A DNA stretch of 64,000 nt from Lama guanicoe (Eukaryota): contig MU053652.1 of assembly GCA_013239625.1 (NCBI GenBank), positions 7,897,027 to 7,961,026 of the forward strand, read 5' to 3'. Within the stretch, counting starts at the first letter, position 1. The number at the start of each line of letters is the position of its first letter. The position numbers and the translations under genes were made by a program. Below the pieces are notes generated by a model. It saw only the letters and a program-made list of their open reading frames with translations. It ran no database searches and was not told where the DNA came from. Below are positions 63,470 to 64,000 of this stretch, in pieces.

Positions 63470-64000
63470 ATGAGGGAGGTGGCAACATGGTGTACTGGAA
63501 AACCCTAATGCATGTTCTGAGGTGTCTATTGCATGTAATGCATTAGCTGCTTTCCTGTGCATCTCAAAGAGTGCTAGTTAGGTACATACGTATCCTTGGG
63601 AAAATTGGGACAGTAGTTGCTCAAATCACTTTTCATATCTTCAATATAGCTTTCAAGCTGTGTAATCCTGTGCAATTCACTTAAAATCTTTTCTTTCCTC
63701 AGTTCTACCATCTTTAAAAAAGGAGATGTTAAAATTTATCTTTGGGATGATAATATGTTCAAAGTGTCCAGCACTGTAATTAGTAACCACAAATCTTGCT
63801 TTCAGGTTTGACTTAGTACCTATACTTAAGTGGTTAACTGCTTTATGGAGGTCAGCCTTTACTAATACTGCTACTTTATTGCTTAAATGTTCGTTTTATT
63901 GGAAAACAGTGTGGTAGAGGGAGTAAGAATGTAGGATCTGAAGTCACAAATTGTCTGGATTGGAATTTCAGCTTTGCTGCTTAGCTGTGTGATACTGAGC
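63470..64000 (+). mobile_element. MIR fragments (about 63650-63800 and 63905-64000)
   Basis: GCTGTGTAATCCTG...CCTCAGTT...CATCTTTAAAA; CAGTGTGGTAGAG...GCTTAGCTGTGTGATACTGAGC. Confidence 0.65.

Larger units (their letters stand above)
33589..64000 (+). other. WASL: WASL intron 1 (partial, >30 kb)
   Basis: Begins GT after exon 1; the expected next residues (TMSSAVVQLY...) were not found by eye downstream; AT- and repeat-rich. Confidence 0.85.

Noticed and set aside
1..64000. CRISPR arrays, operons, rRNA or other prokaryotic-type systems
   Set aside because: The sequence is clearly mammalian; no regularly spaced repeat-spacer array or dense coding region was seen.

Overview
Mammalian genomic DNA, very probably camelid: it carries two tRNA-Ala-derived SINEs of the Vic-1/camelid type and young artiodactyl-type L1 3' ends. 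The only recognisable protein-coding sequence is coding exon 1 of WASL (N-WASP) at 33472-33588 on the + strand, inside a CpG-island promoter at about 32.5-33.9 kb. Bases 1-32.5 kb are repeat-rich upstream intergenic DNA. Bases 33589-64000 are WASL intron 1; I did not find exon 2 in the window. Most of the rest is transposable-element fossils (L1, HAL1, L2, MIR, MaLR/ERVL/ERV1 LTRs, hAT DNA elements), several of them nested. Repeat family names come from remembered consensus sequences, not a database search, and old-repeat boundaries are approximate. I found no convincing novel multi-gene system. The best leads are a poly(A)-tailed, U5-less MER41-like LTR, the uORF/in-frame architecture of the WASL leader, a perfectly preserved hairpin in a MER53, and a templated micro-rearrangement in intron 1.
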